64,000 nucleotides of DNA from assembly GCA_013265495.1 (NCBI GenBank), contig MU058213.1:6221149-6285148 (forward strand). Reading direction: 5' to 3'. The position numbers and the translations under genes were made by a program. The notes under the pieces are model-generated. The model had not been told where the DNA came from and did no database searches. It saw nothing but the letters and a program-made list of their open reading frames with translations. How positions within the stretch are numbered: position 1 is the stretch's first letter; each line of letters starts with the position of its first letter. Shown here in pieces: positions 1-13,009 of the stretch. The stretch is from Vicugna vicugna (lineage: Eukaryota).

Positions 1-914
1 ACCAGGGAAAGATTCCTGGAGCCTCCTCCCCTCCTCCCCCCTCCCTCCTTTTCCAGCTTGAATATTCTTTCTATGCAAATTACTTTGGATACTAAACTAA
101 GGTCCTAGAGCAACTAACCAGTAGATGTGTTTGTTTACTTGTTTGTTTATTTGCTTTTAACCCCAATAAGTATCCATCTACTTAAAAGAGGCCAAAAATG
201 TTATTTTCTCTTTACAAACGTAAGCACGGTTGAACAAAACCAAAGGACCATTAAGAAGCTGTTATTTAACGTCTGCAAAGTACAAGCGGAGGAGCTCTGT
301 GTCACAGTGTGTTTGTTTGTACTGATCCCCAGAAATGCCTTCTCTAGGTAACCCAAGTAGGTCTTGGTGTCCAATCCAACCGTTTCTTCTCTCAATCCAG
401 AGTGATGAGTCACTGCTTGTCCCATCTCAAAGGTAGTGTCCTCTTTCTGTTGGCAGTTACCCACCCCCCAACCCACCCCAGAAAAACAGGGCTCACTGTG
501 AAGTTCATTGATTCTCATGGTCTCAAATATCCCTCTGCACTAAAGAGTCCCACCCCTGGGTGGGTCTCCAGACTTCTATCTGCAAGAAGATAAAGGACCA
601 ACAGTATGATTGACAGTTACTGTAAGTAAGGCAATGAACCGTTTGATTGGAGGCAGTCACTCCTTCTGCTATTCCAAACAACCCTACGAGAGAGGGGTTA
701 ACATGCCCAGACGACATGCAAGGAAACGGATGTTCCAAACAGGAAGCAGCAAAGGCAAGACATGAACAAAAGTCTATGATTATAAACTCAACCAAACACC
801 ATGGTTTCTTCACACTGTCTCCCTAGTGACCTACTGGGTATTTCCACCTGGTAAGTTTAAATGGCAACAGAATGGTAGACCGTTTCCAACACCAAATTTG
901 TCATTAAAAAGACA

Positions 915-1075
915 AACAGTTGGCTGCATCCACAGATTCAACCCACCATGGACTGCAGCTAAGGAGAGTCAACAGTAGGATGCCATTCTATAGAAAAGAC
1001 TTGAGCATCCAGGGATTTTGGTATCCGTGGGGGTCCTGGAAACAATCCCCAGCAGACACGGAGGGAGGATCGTGC
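915..1075 (+). mobile_element. MER2-family (TcMar-Tigger) MITE, internally deleted remnant
   Basis: GCATCCACAGATTCAACC... and GACTTGAGCATCCAGGGATTTTGGTATCCGTGGGGGTCCTGGAAACAATCCCC...GACACGGAGGGA resemble both ends of MER2 and the copy at 20206-20525. Confidence 0.75.
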
Positions 1076-2889
1076 ATCTTTGATAATGACCACCTTCTCT
1101 TAGCATCAAACACTAAAAAAACACGGGAGCTATTTTTCATTTGACACTGGTCACAAATCTCTCTCTCTCCCGCACTTTCCCCCAGGCAATTATAGTTATA
1201 TATGTGAACTCATTCAATCTTCACAATCATCCCCATACTGTATATTATCATCTCCTTTCGCTGATTTTTTAAAAGTAAATTGCCCAAGGTCTTGTAGCTT
1301 GTCTTTATTAACCCCCATACTTACTATGCCTTTCTCCCCCTGCCCCTAAAAAAAAAAAATTAAAAAAAAAAAAAAACCAGTTCAGTTGAGGTAAAGGGAA
1401 GGAGTGAAGGTAGGGGTAAGATTGGGAACAATCTGAACCTTTGGGGAAAGGCTGACCCGCCCAGGGTGCCGAGGACAAGGGCAGAACCCACTGACAGCTA
1501 AATGAATGAAAGCTGGGGTGGCCCGGGCAGTTCCAGCACAGGTTGAGAACTGGATCAGGGAACCTGGAAACCAAATACGAATGCACAGGCTCTCATCCCA
1601 GCCCAGGGAAGCTTAAAAGTTCCCCACAGTGAAAAAGAAGAACTGCCCTGTTTTTCTAGAGGGGACCACAGTGTTTGATCATAGCGTGACTTGCCTGGAG
1701 GCCTTCCTTGGAATACAGCCACTGACAGGCAGTAAGTGGGGAGCAGAGTGGGAAAGCGTTATTCATCTAGGACAGCCTACTGTCCTAGAACTGCGTGGAC
1801 CTGAGCAATGTTTCCGGGACAAATGACTCTGACCCTTTTGTTTCTTCCTTCCACCCCCGACTGGGAAGGTAGGGGCAAAATGGGCCGCCACGCGTGCTGG
1901 GAGGAGATACAGAGGGACGGGGACCTCCCCGTCCGTGTGGAGGCGGGCCACTGTCCTCAGAGGGCAAAGGTCCAGTTTACCAGGTTATCGCCTCAACAAG
2001 ACTCAGCTTCCTTCTCTTCTGTGGACTTTGTGGGTGGGGACGTTCCTTTTGTTTTTCCACTAAAAATGGTAACATTTGCAACAAGTCGGGGCACTCAGCA
2101 AGGTATTTCATTTCCCAGCAGGGCTTGGTGACTGAAGCACAGCTGGCAAAGGACGGCACGCAGCTGCTGATGGGCAGGTAGAGATGCTAATTATGCCCAC
2201 AACAATGATGATCATGAAGAAGCTACTCCCAGCCCTGAAAGGGATTACAAATCACAAGGGAGATAATTTCCACTGTGGAAGGACTGAGCACAGCCTTTCT
2301 TGGGTTCACGTTGACTTTCTAATGACGATTCAGTTGATTAAAAAGCACGGATTTACACGCAGGTTCTAGAAAGTGAGGTACGCCCACACCCACCTCATGG
2401 CCCGGTGTGTGCCTCACGTTGAAGAGGCGGCACCCAGACACAGGAGTCCCTGCTGCGGAGGAAGAACCTGGACCGATTTAAAAGGCAGAGTGTCCTGAAT
2501 GGGCGTGGGTTTACCAGGTGGGGACTGAGCAAAGGTGAGTCAGCGCACAAAGGCCGGCTCTGTTCTCCCCTGAAAGCCAACCTCCGCTCCCCGGAGGAGG
2601 CCCCAGGGCGGCCCTGCCCGCGCAGCCCGGCTCCGTGGACTCTCTCACCAGTGTCTCCGAGCCTTTTTCTTCTTTGGTTCATCCAGGAGAAAGGAGGAGA
2701 CGACACGCTGGGTAACCAGAGTACTTCAAACACCCTTCAGACACCCAGAAAAGGGAGGCCATCAAAGTGCTGTGTAAACACGAGAGACTGTTGGGCAGGG
2801 CCTGGGGGAGGGGTGACCAGAAATGCCCTCAGCCTCTTCTAGATTTCTCTAGAGAGCAGTGGAGGCAGGAATCAAAACTTCAGTCACAC

Positions 2890-3470
2890 AGACCAACATA
2901 TAAACCATTAACTAAACAGAAATAAAATTCACTCCCTCTTTCCTCCAGCAATTGTTGTCTTGTTTTGGGAGGGGAGGTAATTGGGTTTTTAGTTACTTAT
3001 TTTTAGTGGAACTACAGGGGATTGAGCCCAGGACCTTGTGCATGCTGGGCACACACTCTGCCACTGAGCTACACCCTCCCCACTCCATCAATTTTAATTT
3101 TAGGACTTTATCTCAAGACATACCAAGTGAGCCAAGATGTAGGTACAAGGTTGTTCACTGTAGCACAATCTAATGGGGGAAAACTGGGCACACGGTTTAC
3201 GACTGATTAGAACATGGCCTGCTCTGCAAAAAGGAGGGTCTACGCTGTCATTAAAAGGAATCCACTTGTGCTGACGTGGAAAGATCTTCTAGATCCACGG
3301 CTTCAGGAACATAGCAATTGATTTGTGGATTAAATCTTGAATGATCGCATTTGTCTCAGTTTTTTAAAAGACATGTTTTAATTGGCTTTTTTTTTTTTTT
3401 TTGAAAGATTCACAAGGTTCCATTGGGGAGAAGGCCTGGACTCTGGGGAGAAGGATGACTTCTACTTTCT
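2890..3470 (+). mobile_element. Old, highly diverged L1 (L1M/L1ME-type) 3' fragment interrupted by a SINE
   Basis: TTTTAGGACTTTATCTCAAG...GATGTAGGTACAAGGTTGTTCACTGTAGCA...GCTGTCATTAAAAGGAAT...CTGACGTGGAAAGATCT resembles the L1 ORF2 end and 3'UTR; boundaries approximate. Confidence 0.55.
2954..3081 (-). mobile_element. Camelid tRNA-Ala-derived SINE (Vic-1 type), long-tail form
   Basis: Reverse complement reads GGGGAGGGTGTAGCTCAGTGGCAGAG...CCTGGGCTCAATCCCC...CCCAATTACCTCCCC; imperfect TSD CTCCAGCAATT (2943-2953) / CTCCATCAATT (3083-3093). Confidence 0.9.
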
Positions 3471-3472
3471 CC

Positions 3473-3629
3473 TTTTTTTTTTTTTTTTTTTTTATTGAAG
3501 TATAGTCAGTTACAATGTGTCAATTTCTGGTGTATAGCACAATGTTTCAGTCATACACAGACAAACATATATTTATTTCATATTCTTTTTCTTTATAGGT
3601 TACTGCAAGATATTGAACATAATTCCCTG
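3473..3629 (-). mobile_element. 5'-truncated cetartiodactyl-type L1 3'UTR end with poly(A) tail
   Basis: Long T run followed by ATTGAAGTATAGTCAGTTACAATGTGTCAATTTCTGGTGTATAGCA...TATAGGTTACTGCAAGATATTGAACATAATTCCCTG; homologous to the copies at 12630 and 44018. Confidence 0.85.
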
Positions 3630-3748
3630 AAGATGTATCTTTCTTCACACTGAACATTCTGAAATTAGGATGTGTCTGTCTTACCATCCATGCTGTGTCA
3701 CAGCGTGCCTGACAACCAGTAGCACCCTGGGCTTGATGAATTAAGGCA
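3630..3748. mobile_element. MER46-like TcMar-Tigger DNA transposon remnant
   Basis: AAGATGTATCTTTCTTCACACTGAACATTCTGAAATTAGGATGTG...CTTACCATC...TTGATGAATTAAGG resembles the MER46C terminal region; similar copy at 33145-33369. Confidence 0.45.
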
Positions 3749-4984
3749 CAGAAAACTTACGAGAGGCCAGGCCCTGTCCTACGCACTTTATAAATGTAAG
3801 TCATTGTTTAATATCATCAAAGATATTATGAAGATTTCAGTTATTCTGGAAGCAGCATGCTGTGTGTTACTGTCACCTCAGGATCTGTACAGAGGTTTCG
3901 CTGGTGAGGCTGATGATCGCCCAGTTCTAGAGGCTGTGCTGTGATCATTTCTGTACCTGCTGCCCTCACTGCCCTCACCCCCTTCCCCAAACAGCATGAG
4001 AGTGAGTGTCCTGGCCGACAAGCAGCTCACAGCAAGCTGCCCACAGCAGACCACAACTCGATAGAGCAAGGGAATTTCCTCTTCAATTTGTAAAGGCATG
4101 TTCAATGTGCATCTCCTTCCATCGGAAAGTTCCTTTAGTATTAAGACCACTGAACCACCACCACCGCCGAGGGGGGATGTGTCCACCCCAGGGGATTACA
4201 ATGAACTCTGGCCTTTATTCACATACACTCTACTCCAGTGTCTCCTAAACCTCATTTTCAACTACTTTTACAACTTCCCTTCACCCAAGTTCTGCCAGAC
4301 CTATTTCAAATTTTTGCATAAACTGTCCTTTTTAATTTGACTAACTCCTGAACAACCATCTCCATAAAATCACCAGTTTTATTTATTCAGTGTGTTAAAA
4401 TGATAATGAAGAGATATGATTTAAAATACACAACATAGGGCTGTACATACCAACCTCACCGTCCACCGTGGTGCCCTGTCCAATGTGGGGACCCTCTGCC
4501 ACTCTCTCCTGGGCCGGTTCCCACCAATTCCAAGTCTAGCCACTGGGAATTTAAATGACTTCTATTTCCCAGACGTATTTTTCTCTACTGTCAAAAATCT
4601 CACAAGGCAAGACCAGATTCCCCTTCAGATAGCAGCTGTGAGGCCACGGTTATGTTTTCACATGTAGAAACTGCTCTCTATTCGTGTCCCAAATCCCCGC
4701 ACTTCCCATCAGGGGTCCCAAGAGCCCTCCTCCAGTCCTCTTGCCTCAGAAGACCCTCCCAGCCACACGTGGGACACTGAATGAGTCCCCTGGGAGAGGG
4801 CTTGCCTTGAGGCTGTCCAGGAAATTCTCCCTCGAGCATCTGCAATTTATTCTCCCTGGGGAAGCACTTCCTACAAGACTCATCGACACTGCTCCGTCCT
4901 TTTCCCTCTGAATCTCTAGGAAATCTGGGGTAGTGGCTCTCTCCCCTGCGGCACACAACAGCTAATTCTCATTACATACCAGCA

Positions 4985-5145
4985 GCGTTCTGAACATTTA
5001 TACAAGATAATTTATTTAATCCTCACCAATTTACCAGGCAGGACACTGAGGCACAGAGAAGTTGAGTGACATGCCCACCCCCAGCAGCTGGGCTTCAAAC
5101 CCAGGCCAACTGGCTCTCAAGTCTTTGCACTTAACAGTTATACCT
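4985..5145 (-). mobile_element. MIR SINE
   Basis: ATTTAATCCTCAC...ACTGAGGCACAGAGAAGTTGAGTGACATGCCCA...GGCTTCAAACCCAGG is the MIR core, antisense. Confidence 0.8.
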
Positions 5146-7974
5146 ACTGCCTCCTGTAAGGAGGTCAGTGTTGGAAAAAGCAAGAATTATAAAGTTAACA
5201 GTCACTGCTTTATCACATGTTGACTACTTGCTGCGTATCAACTTCTTTTATCTGCGCAACAGCACAAAGCAGATACTTGTATTACTGGAACGTGGGGTAC
5301 CTTGTGTAAAGCCCAGCACAGAGGAGCCCACAGAGCAAGCAGTCTGGCTCTACATGGCCTTAGGCGCACGTCTGCCCCCTGGGGACATGTCCCCAGCAGG
5401 CCGGGCAATGCCAGGCACGTGGTCATGCCCAATGAGTAGCAGTCGGGCCGATGAATTCCGGGCAATTTGGCTCATCTCAGAACAAGGTGTATCTCACTGT
5501 GGCAGCTGTCTGTGGGGGAAATGGGGGTCCTGTATCCAGAGTCTGCCCCAAAGAAGAAAGAAGTTTCTAAAGCTGTCTATTGCCCCCAGTTCAGGAGATC
5601 AACGGGAAAAGATGTTCTCTTTTCTCCTCTTAATTGTCCACCAGCATCCAGGTAAGGAAAACAGTCTAATTTAACCACAGGGTGAAGACATTTCAAGCTC
5701 CTGAACAAAATGAATCAAATGGTTGAAATCCCTTTATATGACAAGTGCTCATTTTACTTCTGTTTCCATCTATAATTTAATCAAACAAATGAAGACGAGT
5801 CACGCTGATTGATGTCAGTGTCAGTCTTTTTAGCTGCAGCTCTGCTGGCAGGACACCATGTCAGGCACTGATCGATCCCTTCAGGGAACCTCCCAGTCGT
5901 CACCCGTGCTTTCGAGCACAAAGGTTGGAGAATACAATCTAGTAATCTAGTAACTGATTAGAATCAGCAGATTTGGATTCAAGTATGGGCCCTACCTCTG
6001 TGACCTTGGGCAAGGTCCACTTCATGTAATTTTACGCTTCACAATTAAGGCAGTCTATTAATACACATGTAAATGGGATTTAGGTTTTGCACCACTACTG
6101 ACGGGACTTTATTCATAGACTCATAAATCAAGAAAACAAAATCCTATCAGACTACATGTCCTGATCTTTGGTTTGAAAATTACAGCCCCTGAAGCAATGT
6201 CTGCTGCTCAGTAAATTTCTTGATTTGAAGTAAGAAGCCAAGGTAATGATACGGGCAGACCAGGTAGAAATACCAGCACTGCTAACTCTGGTTCATATTA
6301 TTAACTGAAATGGAAATAACAACAGGTAGGTCATTGAGCAATTCTGCTTAAAAGGAACTATTATTCTGTACCATGGAATAAATTCTAATTTAAACAATAT
6401 TTTGAGGAAAAAGAAAAATATGTAAAGATTTGGACTGCAGCAGAGTTGATGTCAATCTGGGTAAAAGCAGCCTTCCAGGATGTACTGTGCTTCACAGCAT
6501 CTTTCTATACTGAGTGCAAAATATGCATTATTTATGTCATGCAAAATGGTGGAGGTACGACAACACAAGATAATCAACTCATTTGATGTATTTTTTTTCC
6601 AAATATAATTTAATATTTCTGAAAAATGAACTTTGGGCATATCTGCACAAAAAAACTCAGGATGTGTTTCAGGATGTGCTGGGTGGGGAGAAGTGTCTGG
6701 AATGTGATTGGGGTGTCTCGGGGTATGGGCAGCCCTTGTCACAGATTAGCCATGGGGGATACTGAGTCCAGGATAAAAGCCAAGCTCAGGGGTGGAGGGC
6801 ACCCCACAAGCACCAGGGTCAGAAGTGAGAAATGCCTTCCACACTGTCTCCTGCTCTTGGCAAGGGCACATCTGGACCCTCTGCTTGCTTGATCTGGCCT
6901 GATCTACAGCACACAGACGCCACGCTCTTCTAGGGGCAAAATGGAGCCAAAAGGTCTAACAGCTTTTAGGGTACAGACCAGACATGTTTACTAGATCCAG
7001 AGAGATCTGGGGAGGCAGAGAGGCTTGCTCACAGGGCGACAGAGAGGAGGGTTCTGTGGGCACATCTCAGGAGGAGATGCCACCAGAGCACCCCCAATGA
7101 GCACTGCGGATCGGTGTCACAAGGGTCCTGAAGGCCCAGGGCAGCTCCAGCTGTGAAGATCAACACCAGGCCCACCTCTCATCCCTCTCATGGCCCGGTG
7201 GAGGACACAGGACCCAGCCTGTCATGTCTTCTCATGATGCATACATACCTTGGACTTCAGGAATGAAACAAAAAAAAAAAGAGGTTGGGCTACAGGAAGT
7301 TAGAAGTGGGTGGAGAGAATCACGCATCCGCACATTAATTCAATTAAAAGCCCTAGGGTAGACAGGAAAGCAGGCATGTCCCGTTATCAGCTTATCTCTC
7401 AGAAGCCACACCCGCACCGCAGAAGGCCAGGCCAGCACGGCGTGGGCGGAGATGGGCTTGGGTGGGGACGGGCGTGGGCACCTGCGCAGCAAGGAGCAAA
7501 GACCATAAGTCTTGTATTTCTGTTTCCTGCGCCTACGGGGTTTCCAAGGGGCTCTTACCAACTACCTGCGGTGCACCCACCCTCCTCAGTTGAAAAAGCA
7601 AATTCTAGGGGTGCATTTACAAAAACAAAAAGAAAAACCAATTTGGGAGATCAGCGTGGCTTCACTGTGAATTTACCCGAGACCCTTGTCACTGTGTTCT
7701 TCCAGGGTTGACAGAGGCCACCAATAAGTAGACTTGGCCATCCACTGACCAATGTAAATCCTTACCAAAGTTCAACTGCAAGCAAATCCAGATTTTTAAA
7801 AATACAAAAATTGTACAGGAAGGTAAAGAGAGGTTAGGCAGAGGGAGAGACCAGCCCCTTCTCTCTGAGTGCAAGGGGTTCTCAACAGCTGTCTTAGTAC
7901 TACAACTGAAAAGACTCTTAAGGAAGCTAAATGGTTCAAGGGCATTTAGTAAAAATGGCATTGCGAGGATTCCA

Positions 7975-8130
7975 ATCTCTACACCTCAGTTTCTTTTTCT
8001 GTAAAATGGGTATGAAAGCAGTATCGACCACTCAGGGCTTTTGAGGGTGTTAAATAAGATCAGGCATGGAGAGTTCCTGTTACACTGTCTGGCCCACTCT
8101 AAGTGCTAAGCAAAGTTGTTGTTAATAGTA
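7975..8130 (+). mobile_element. MIR SINE
   Basis: CCTCAGTTTCTTTTTCTGTAAAATGGG...CTCAGGGCTTTTGAGGGTGTTAAATAAGAT...AAGTGCTAAG. Confidence 0.8.
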
Positions 8131-8619
8131 ATAAGCGAACTGGGAACACCGATAGCCAGAAATAGTGCTCTGATTGCGTAGCTGATGTTTCAAGAAAGAA
8201 TACTGTCATCTCATCTGGCTAAGGTAACAGCAGAGACAGGATGCAATAAAAAAAAATACGGGCCTCAAAGTTTCACAATGCCCCAGTGACGCGTAATCAC
8301 ATAACACGTAAAACATCTGAACCCAGGATTCTCTGAGAACAGGGATCCACTGTGGCAAAGTAGAAGAAAGACAGTCACTGCAGAGAAGACACGTAGGGAA
8401 CTTAACAGGCTGAGCAAAAAGGAAGGCTGTGACGAAGCAGAGTGAGGACCACGAGTCACAGACGGATGCCTTACAGGCAAAAAAGCAAAGGTGTTTAAAC
8501 AATCCACAAAGGACGAGGGGTAAGGAAGGGGCACAATACTTCTATATTTACATTCTGAATCCTAAAAGTTTATAGCTGGAGAGGGCCTTCGCCTGTTCGC
8601 CCACCAGCTCAAAGCTCTT

Positions 8620-8740
8620 ACTGCACAGGTGAGGGATCTGAGGCCCAGAGAGGTGCTACGTGTCCATGGTTTCAGCCCCTTAGCAGCAGAACCAGGACTA
8701 GAACTCAGGTTTTCCAGCTCCCAGTCCAGCACCGTGCAGC
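8620..8740 (-). mobile_element. MIR SINE
   Basis: ACAGGTGAGGGATCTGAGGCCCAGAGAGGTG...GCAGAACCAGGACTAGAACTCAGGTTTCCAGCTCCCAGTCCAG. Confidence 0.75.
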
Positions 8741-9745
8741 CCCTCCCAGGCAAACCTGTACATAGCAAAGGTCTGGATCATCCACAGAAATTCTGAGAAC
8801 AATCAAAGGACTCTAGGCATTTAAGTATTTTAAATTTCTCAAATAATAAACATGATCATTTGTGAACCGTGACCTTCCAGCAGTCAGACTGCATCAGGGC
8901 ACTGGTGTCCATCCAAATAGTAAATATTTGAAGAGCTTAATTTCTTCTTAGTTTTTAACATTAAAGTAAATGTGAACAGAGTTTTAATATCTGCTTTCCA
9001 GTGGGTTATCTTCCACGCAAAGGTGCACAGACTCCACACTTGGGGGACCACTTTCCTAGAACCCCTTACCTTCCACCCAAGATACAGCCCTCTGTTTGTA
9101 GGGGGGAAAATGTCAAGGCATTGGCTTAAAAAATCAGAAACAAGTAAGGAAAGGAGGCAGGTAATCTCCAGAAGATGAGGGTAAATGCCTGCAGAAATTG
9201 GAAAACTGTAATCTGACTAGAGATCTCTGGCTGTAGGATTCCATGGGGCTCCTTCCAATAGTGACTTTCTGCTGCCAGAATCACTAAAATTGAAAACAAA
9301 ACACAAGCTAACCATGTCTGATGTGATTATGGGGCATGGGTGGGTCACAGCAGCTTAAAGTTCACAACTCCGTTTAAAAAAAAAAACCCCAAGACAGCTC
9401 TGGTGATTGCTCACTGTGTTCTGTGAATTACAATACAGCAGTGAAAAGGCAACCCATGTCATTTACAGGTGGGGCCACAGGGTTTAGGGAGCAGGGAGTG
9501 GGCACGGCTTTTCTTGAGCACCTACTATGTGCCGAACACTATGTTAGATGCTTTGTTTCATTTGGTATCAAAAGAACTATAGGACCAGGGAGGTACTCTG
9601 AACGCCGGGGAACAGATGAAAAAATCGGCCAGAGAGAGTCATAGAGTCACTCTGTTTACATCGAGGCCATGGTGGATGACTAACAAAAAGGATTCCCCAC
9701 TCTGTGAAAATGTCTCAGGGGAACCATTCTCTGAGAGCGAGACTT

Positions 9746-9838
9746 GGGGGTAGGGGGTGGCAGGGAGGGCAGAGCTCAGTGGTAGAGGCCCTGGGTTCAA
9801 TCCCCAGTACCTTCATTTAAAAAAAAAAAAAAAAGAGA
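9746..9838 (+). mobile_element. Vic-1-type SINE, short-tail form, with the anticodon arm deleted
   Basis: GGGAGGGCAGAGCTCAGTGGTAGAG^GCCCTGGGTTCAATCCCCAGTACCTTCATTT-A16; possible TSD GAGAGCGAGACTT (9733-9745) / GAGAGTGAGGTTT (9839-9851). Confidence 0.85.
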
Positions 9839-12419
9839 GAGAGTGAGGTTTCAAAGGCAGCACTTTGGCTCTGGAACAGAGATTGCCTCTCTCAACGGGG
9901 GCATCTGAGGCACAGACCGGACTGACTCGTACAAAGAACACGGATGCCGGGAGAAGCCTCAGTGACGTGGAGAGACCCAGCGGGTGGAGCCACCCCGAGA
10001 CACGGGGCCTCTCTGCCTTCAAAGGACTCCTCACAGCCAGCCTCGAGGCCAGAGCCCCACACCCTGGTCTTCAATTCAGCACGTGCAGGTGTCGCATCCA
10101 AAGTTCTCTGGGGAACAGACGACGGTTTCCCTTTGTGCCAAAGGTGCCTCCGCCTCTCAACACAATAAGGGCACTCAAATCTGTTAAAAAATAACCTCAC
10201 AGAAATCCTCACTGGGACAAACCGGGCAAGACAGACATGCTTTGCCACAACAGTCCCATTTAGCAGTCCGCTGGAGGAGGGACTTGTGGCAGAACTTTCA
10301 AGGCCAAACTGCAGGCCACCGTCAGCCCTGCAGAGTCCACAGTTGGGGGCGAACTCTGGTCCTCCTTGTAGGAGACGGGAATGAGACTCAAGGGGGCTGG
10401 GACTGACACACCCATGATCCCGAAGCAGTAGTAACAGAAATCACTTTATGCAAGAATTGAGACCAACGGCGAGGCCGGCTCTCTGCGTCAGGTAGAGAGT
10501 GTGCCCGACTGCTTATGTAGAAAACAGTGGTGCCCACTCTGAGGCAGGACAGGGAACAGAAAGTAGATGTCAACGTCACCACCTCACAAAGAGGTCTGCG
10601 CTCAAAAACTGCCAGCAAGACCACAAGTGGATTTGCAAAAACATTTGCATGATTTCTGGCTGCAAAATTGCTGAAAGGATTTGTACTAAACTCAGCTCCC
10701 AAATGCACAAAAGTCCCCTTTTCTACCTGAACCCGAGATCCAAACTATGAGATGTAACTCTAGCAGCTCTGATACTCTCCATATCTACAGTCTCCCTGGC
10801 TGTGACCCCTTCTCTTCCTGGGAGTGGGGCCAAAAGCACAGTATTACTTACTGATCAAACAGTCAACACCCAGAGATACCTGGGAGTGACCACACGTCAA
10901 TTAAGGTTCACTGGAATCAAAAGCAAAATGGAATCACCCTTTGCTTGATGGCGGTTGGCTGGGTTTAAGATACAAAGTAGCTGCTAGCTTCGCACTGAAA
11001 AGAAAAGCTCATTTCAATTTTTTTTTTAAAAAATTCGGTGCAGCCAGAAGAGTACAAAGGTTAGAAAAGACAGAAAGAGCTTGAGATCCTTAGAGAGATA
11101 AAAGGCGAATGATTTAAATTAAACATGCGGGAAACATTAAAGAAGGGAAGGATATAAACCAACCCTAGAGATATAAACATACAACAAAGAAAAGCCGTTT
11201 GATCACAGGACAAGCCGTGTGAATAAATAAAATAAAATACCATAAATGCTCTAAAGGGAAAAAAAATTAAATAAAAAAGTTTCCTTCCAACTTTCATTCT
11301 AAAGAAACCACGGCTCTTTTGCTTGGTATAACTACAGATCACAGGCTTCAAAGCTAAATTCAGCTTTGAAAAACCTAGGTAACATTCCCTAGTTTTAAAA
11401 AAATGTCAAGGAGCCCATCATTTGCTATCCGTGGATGAATTCTGTTTGGTGGGTGGGTTTGCTTTGAGTGGCTGTGAACAAAGGCAAGGGCGATTTTATT
11501 TTATTTTTTTGTCATTTAAAATTTTCTCCCTTAAAAAAAAAACAAAACTGTGGTTGCTTGAGAGAAGTCCAAGGCAAATTGATCAATTCTGAAGAGTGGT
11601 TTGAATATTTTTAAACATACCCACTTTGTGCCTCTGTCGCCTCTAAACCAAAAGCCTACACCACCTTTTCTCAAAGGTATCTCTGTAGCGCTTTCTGGCT
11701 GAGTTTGTAGTCCCCTCTAGAACTGTCACTATTATTTAAGCTTCCGTAAAATGCACTCCAACTGGCAGGCATGTGCATTGTGGAATTAAGTGTAATACGG
11801 GAGTAACAAAACTGAAGCTGGGCACCAGGGTGGACAACAGCAGGCAAGGCTGCAGATGGCCACGGGGGCCTGAAACAATGTGTGGTTCCTTTCCATTCTG
11901 TTTTGCCCCATTGTGTTCTGAATAGACCGAATCACTGCCCAGCTCCAGGGGCCCAGCCACTGAAAGGCCCCATTGTAAGCGATATGCTTTCCAGAGCAGA
12001 GTGAAGGTTGCTGTAGTAACCTTCACCATGACTTTCCTGACCAGGGTGATGAAAATCCCAACTGAATTGTGACAGGACCACAGTTACAACCGAGGCCGCA
12101 CCAGGAGCCGGGCCTCCCCATTAGGGGGTCTTTTTTTACCTGGACGTAACCCACTACCTGCTGCCTAAATCATCCACACAGCCTGAGAAGGGGCTGAATT
12201 TCTAGAAGCCGGAGCTTGAGAAGTGAATCTACACAGTATCAGCCAGGGTCTCTCCCCCCAAGCGTGGTGGCGGGGAGAGTAGCAGTTTGCAGACCAAGGT
12301 GGGCCCCTCCAGTTCACCCACCATGTTGAAGACAAGCAGAAGAAAAGGCAATCACCTCAATTTACCAGATGGAACACTGCGCTAGAATGAAACCCCCGTC
12401 CAGGGAACTCCACTGAGGG

Positions 12420-12580
12420 CTCACTCGGTACCAAGCAGCCGTCTAAGCCCATTGCATATACGACCTCATCTAATTGTCTCAGCAAACCTGTAAGGTCAGC
12501 ACGATTATCAATCCCCGTTTGCAGGAGGCAGAAACACGCTAGCACAAGGGAGTCCCATCACTGCCCCAGATCAACACCAG
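12420..12580 (-). mobile_element. MIR SINE
   Basis: CTCATCTAATTGTCTCAGCAAACCTGTAAGGT...ATTATCAATCCCCGTTTGCAGGAGGCAGAAAC. Confidence 0.65.
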
Positions 12581-12629
12581 AAACGAATGTTCTGCTTCCA
12601 AGAATCTACACTCAGAATCCCTTCCCTTC

Positions 12630-12813
12630 TTTTAATGTTATTATTTATTTATTTTTATTGAAGTATAATTATTGGCAATGTTGTGTTAGGTTTTTTTTTA
12701 ACGTTGTGTTAGTTTCTGGCATACAGCACAGTGACTCAGTTATACGTGTATATATCGTTTTTCGTATTCTTTTTCATTATAGGCCATTACAAGATACTCG
12801 ATACAGTTCCCCA
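12630..12813 (-). mobile_element. 5'-truncated L1 3'UTR end
   Basis: T-rich tail then ATTGAAGTATA...GTTGTGTTAGTTTCTGGCATACAGCACAGTGACTCAG...TACAAGATACTCGATACAGTTCCC; AATCCCTTC on both flanks (probable TSD). Confidence 0.85.
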
Positions 12814-13009
12814 TAATCCCTTCTGTTTTGAGCTTCTCCACGTAGGCACTGGGCATTTGGATCTGGAGCTCTGGAGCTTAGGAGCAAGAAATGGGCCAGG
12901 AATCCACCACTGGCTACTAAGAGTTCTCGCCAGGGGCATGAGCAAGACTGTGCAGAACAGGGAGCCAACATGGGATATGAAAACCAAGGATGGGAAATCT
13001 CTCCTGTTT

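Noticed and set aside
5168..5674. Longest ORF in the track (168 aa)
   Set aside because: Non-ATG start, no recognisable domain and no coherent splice context; this length is expected by chance in 64 kb.
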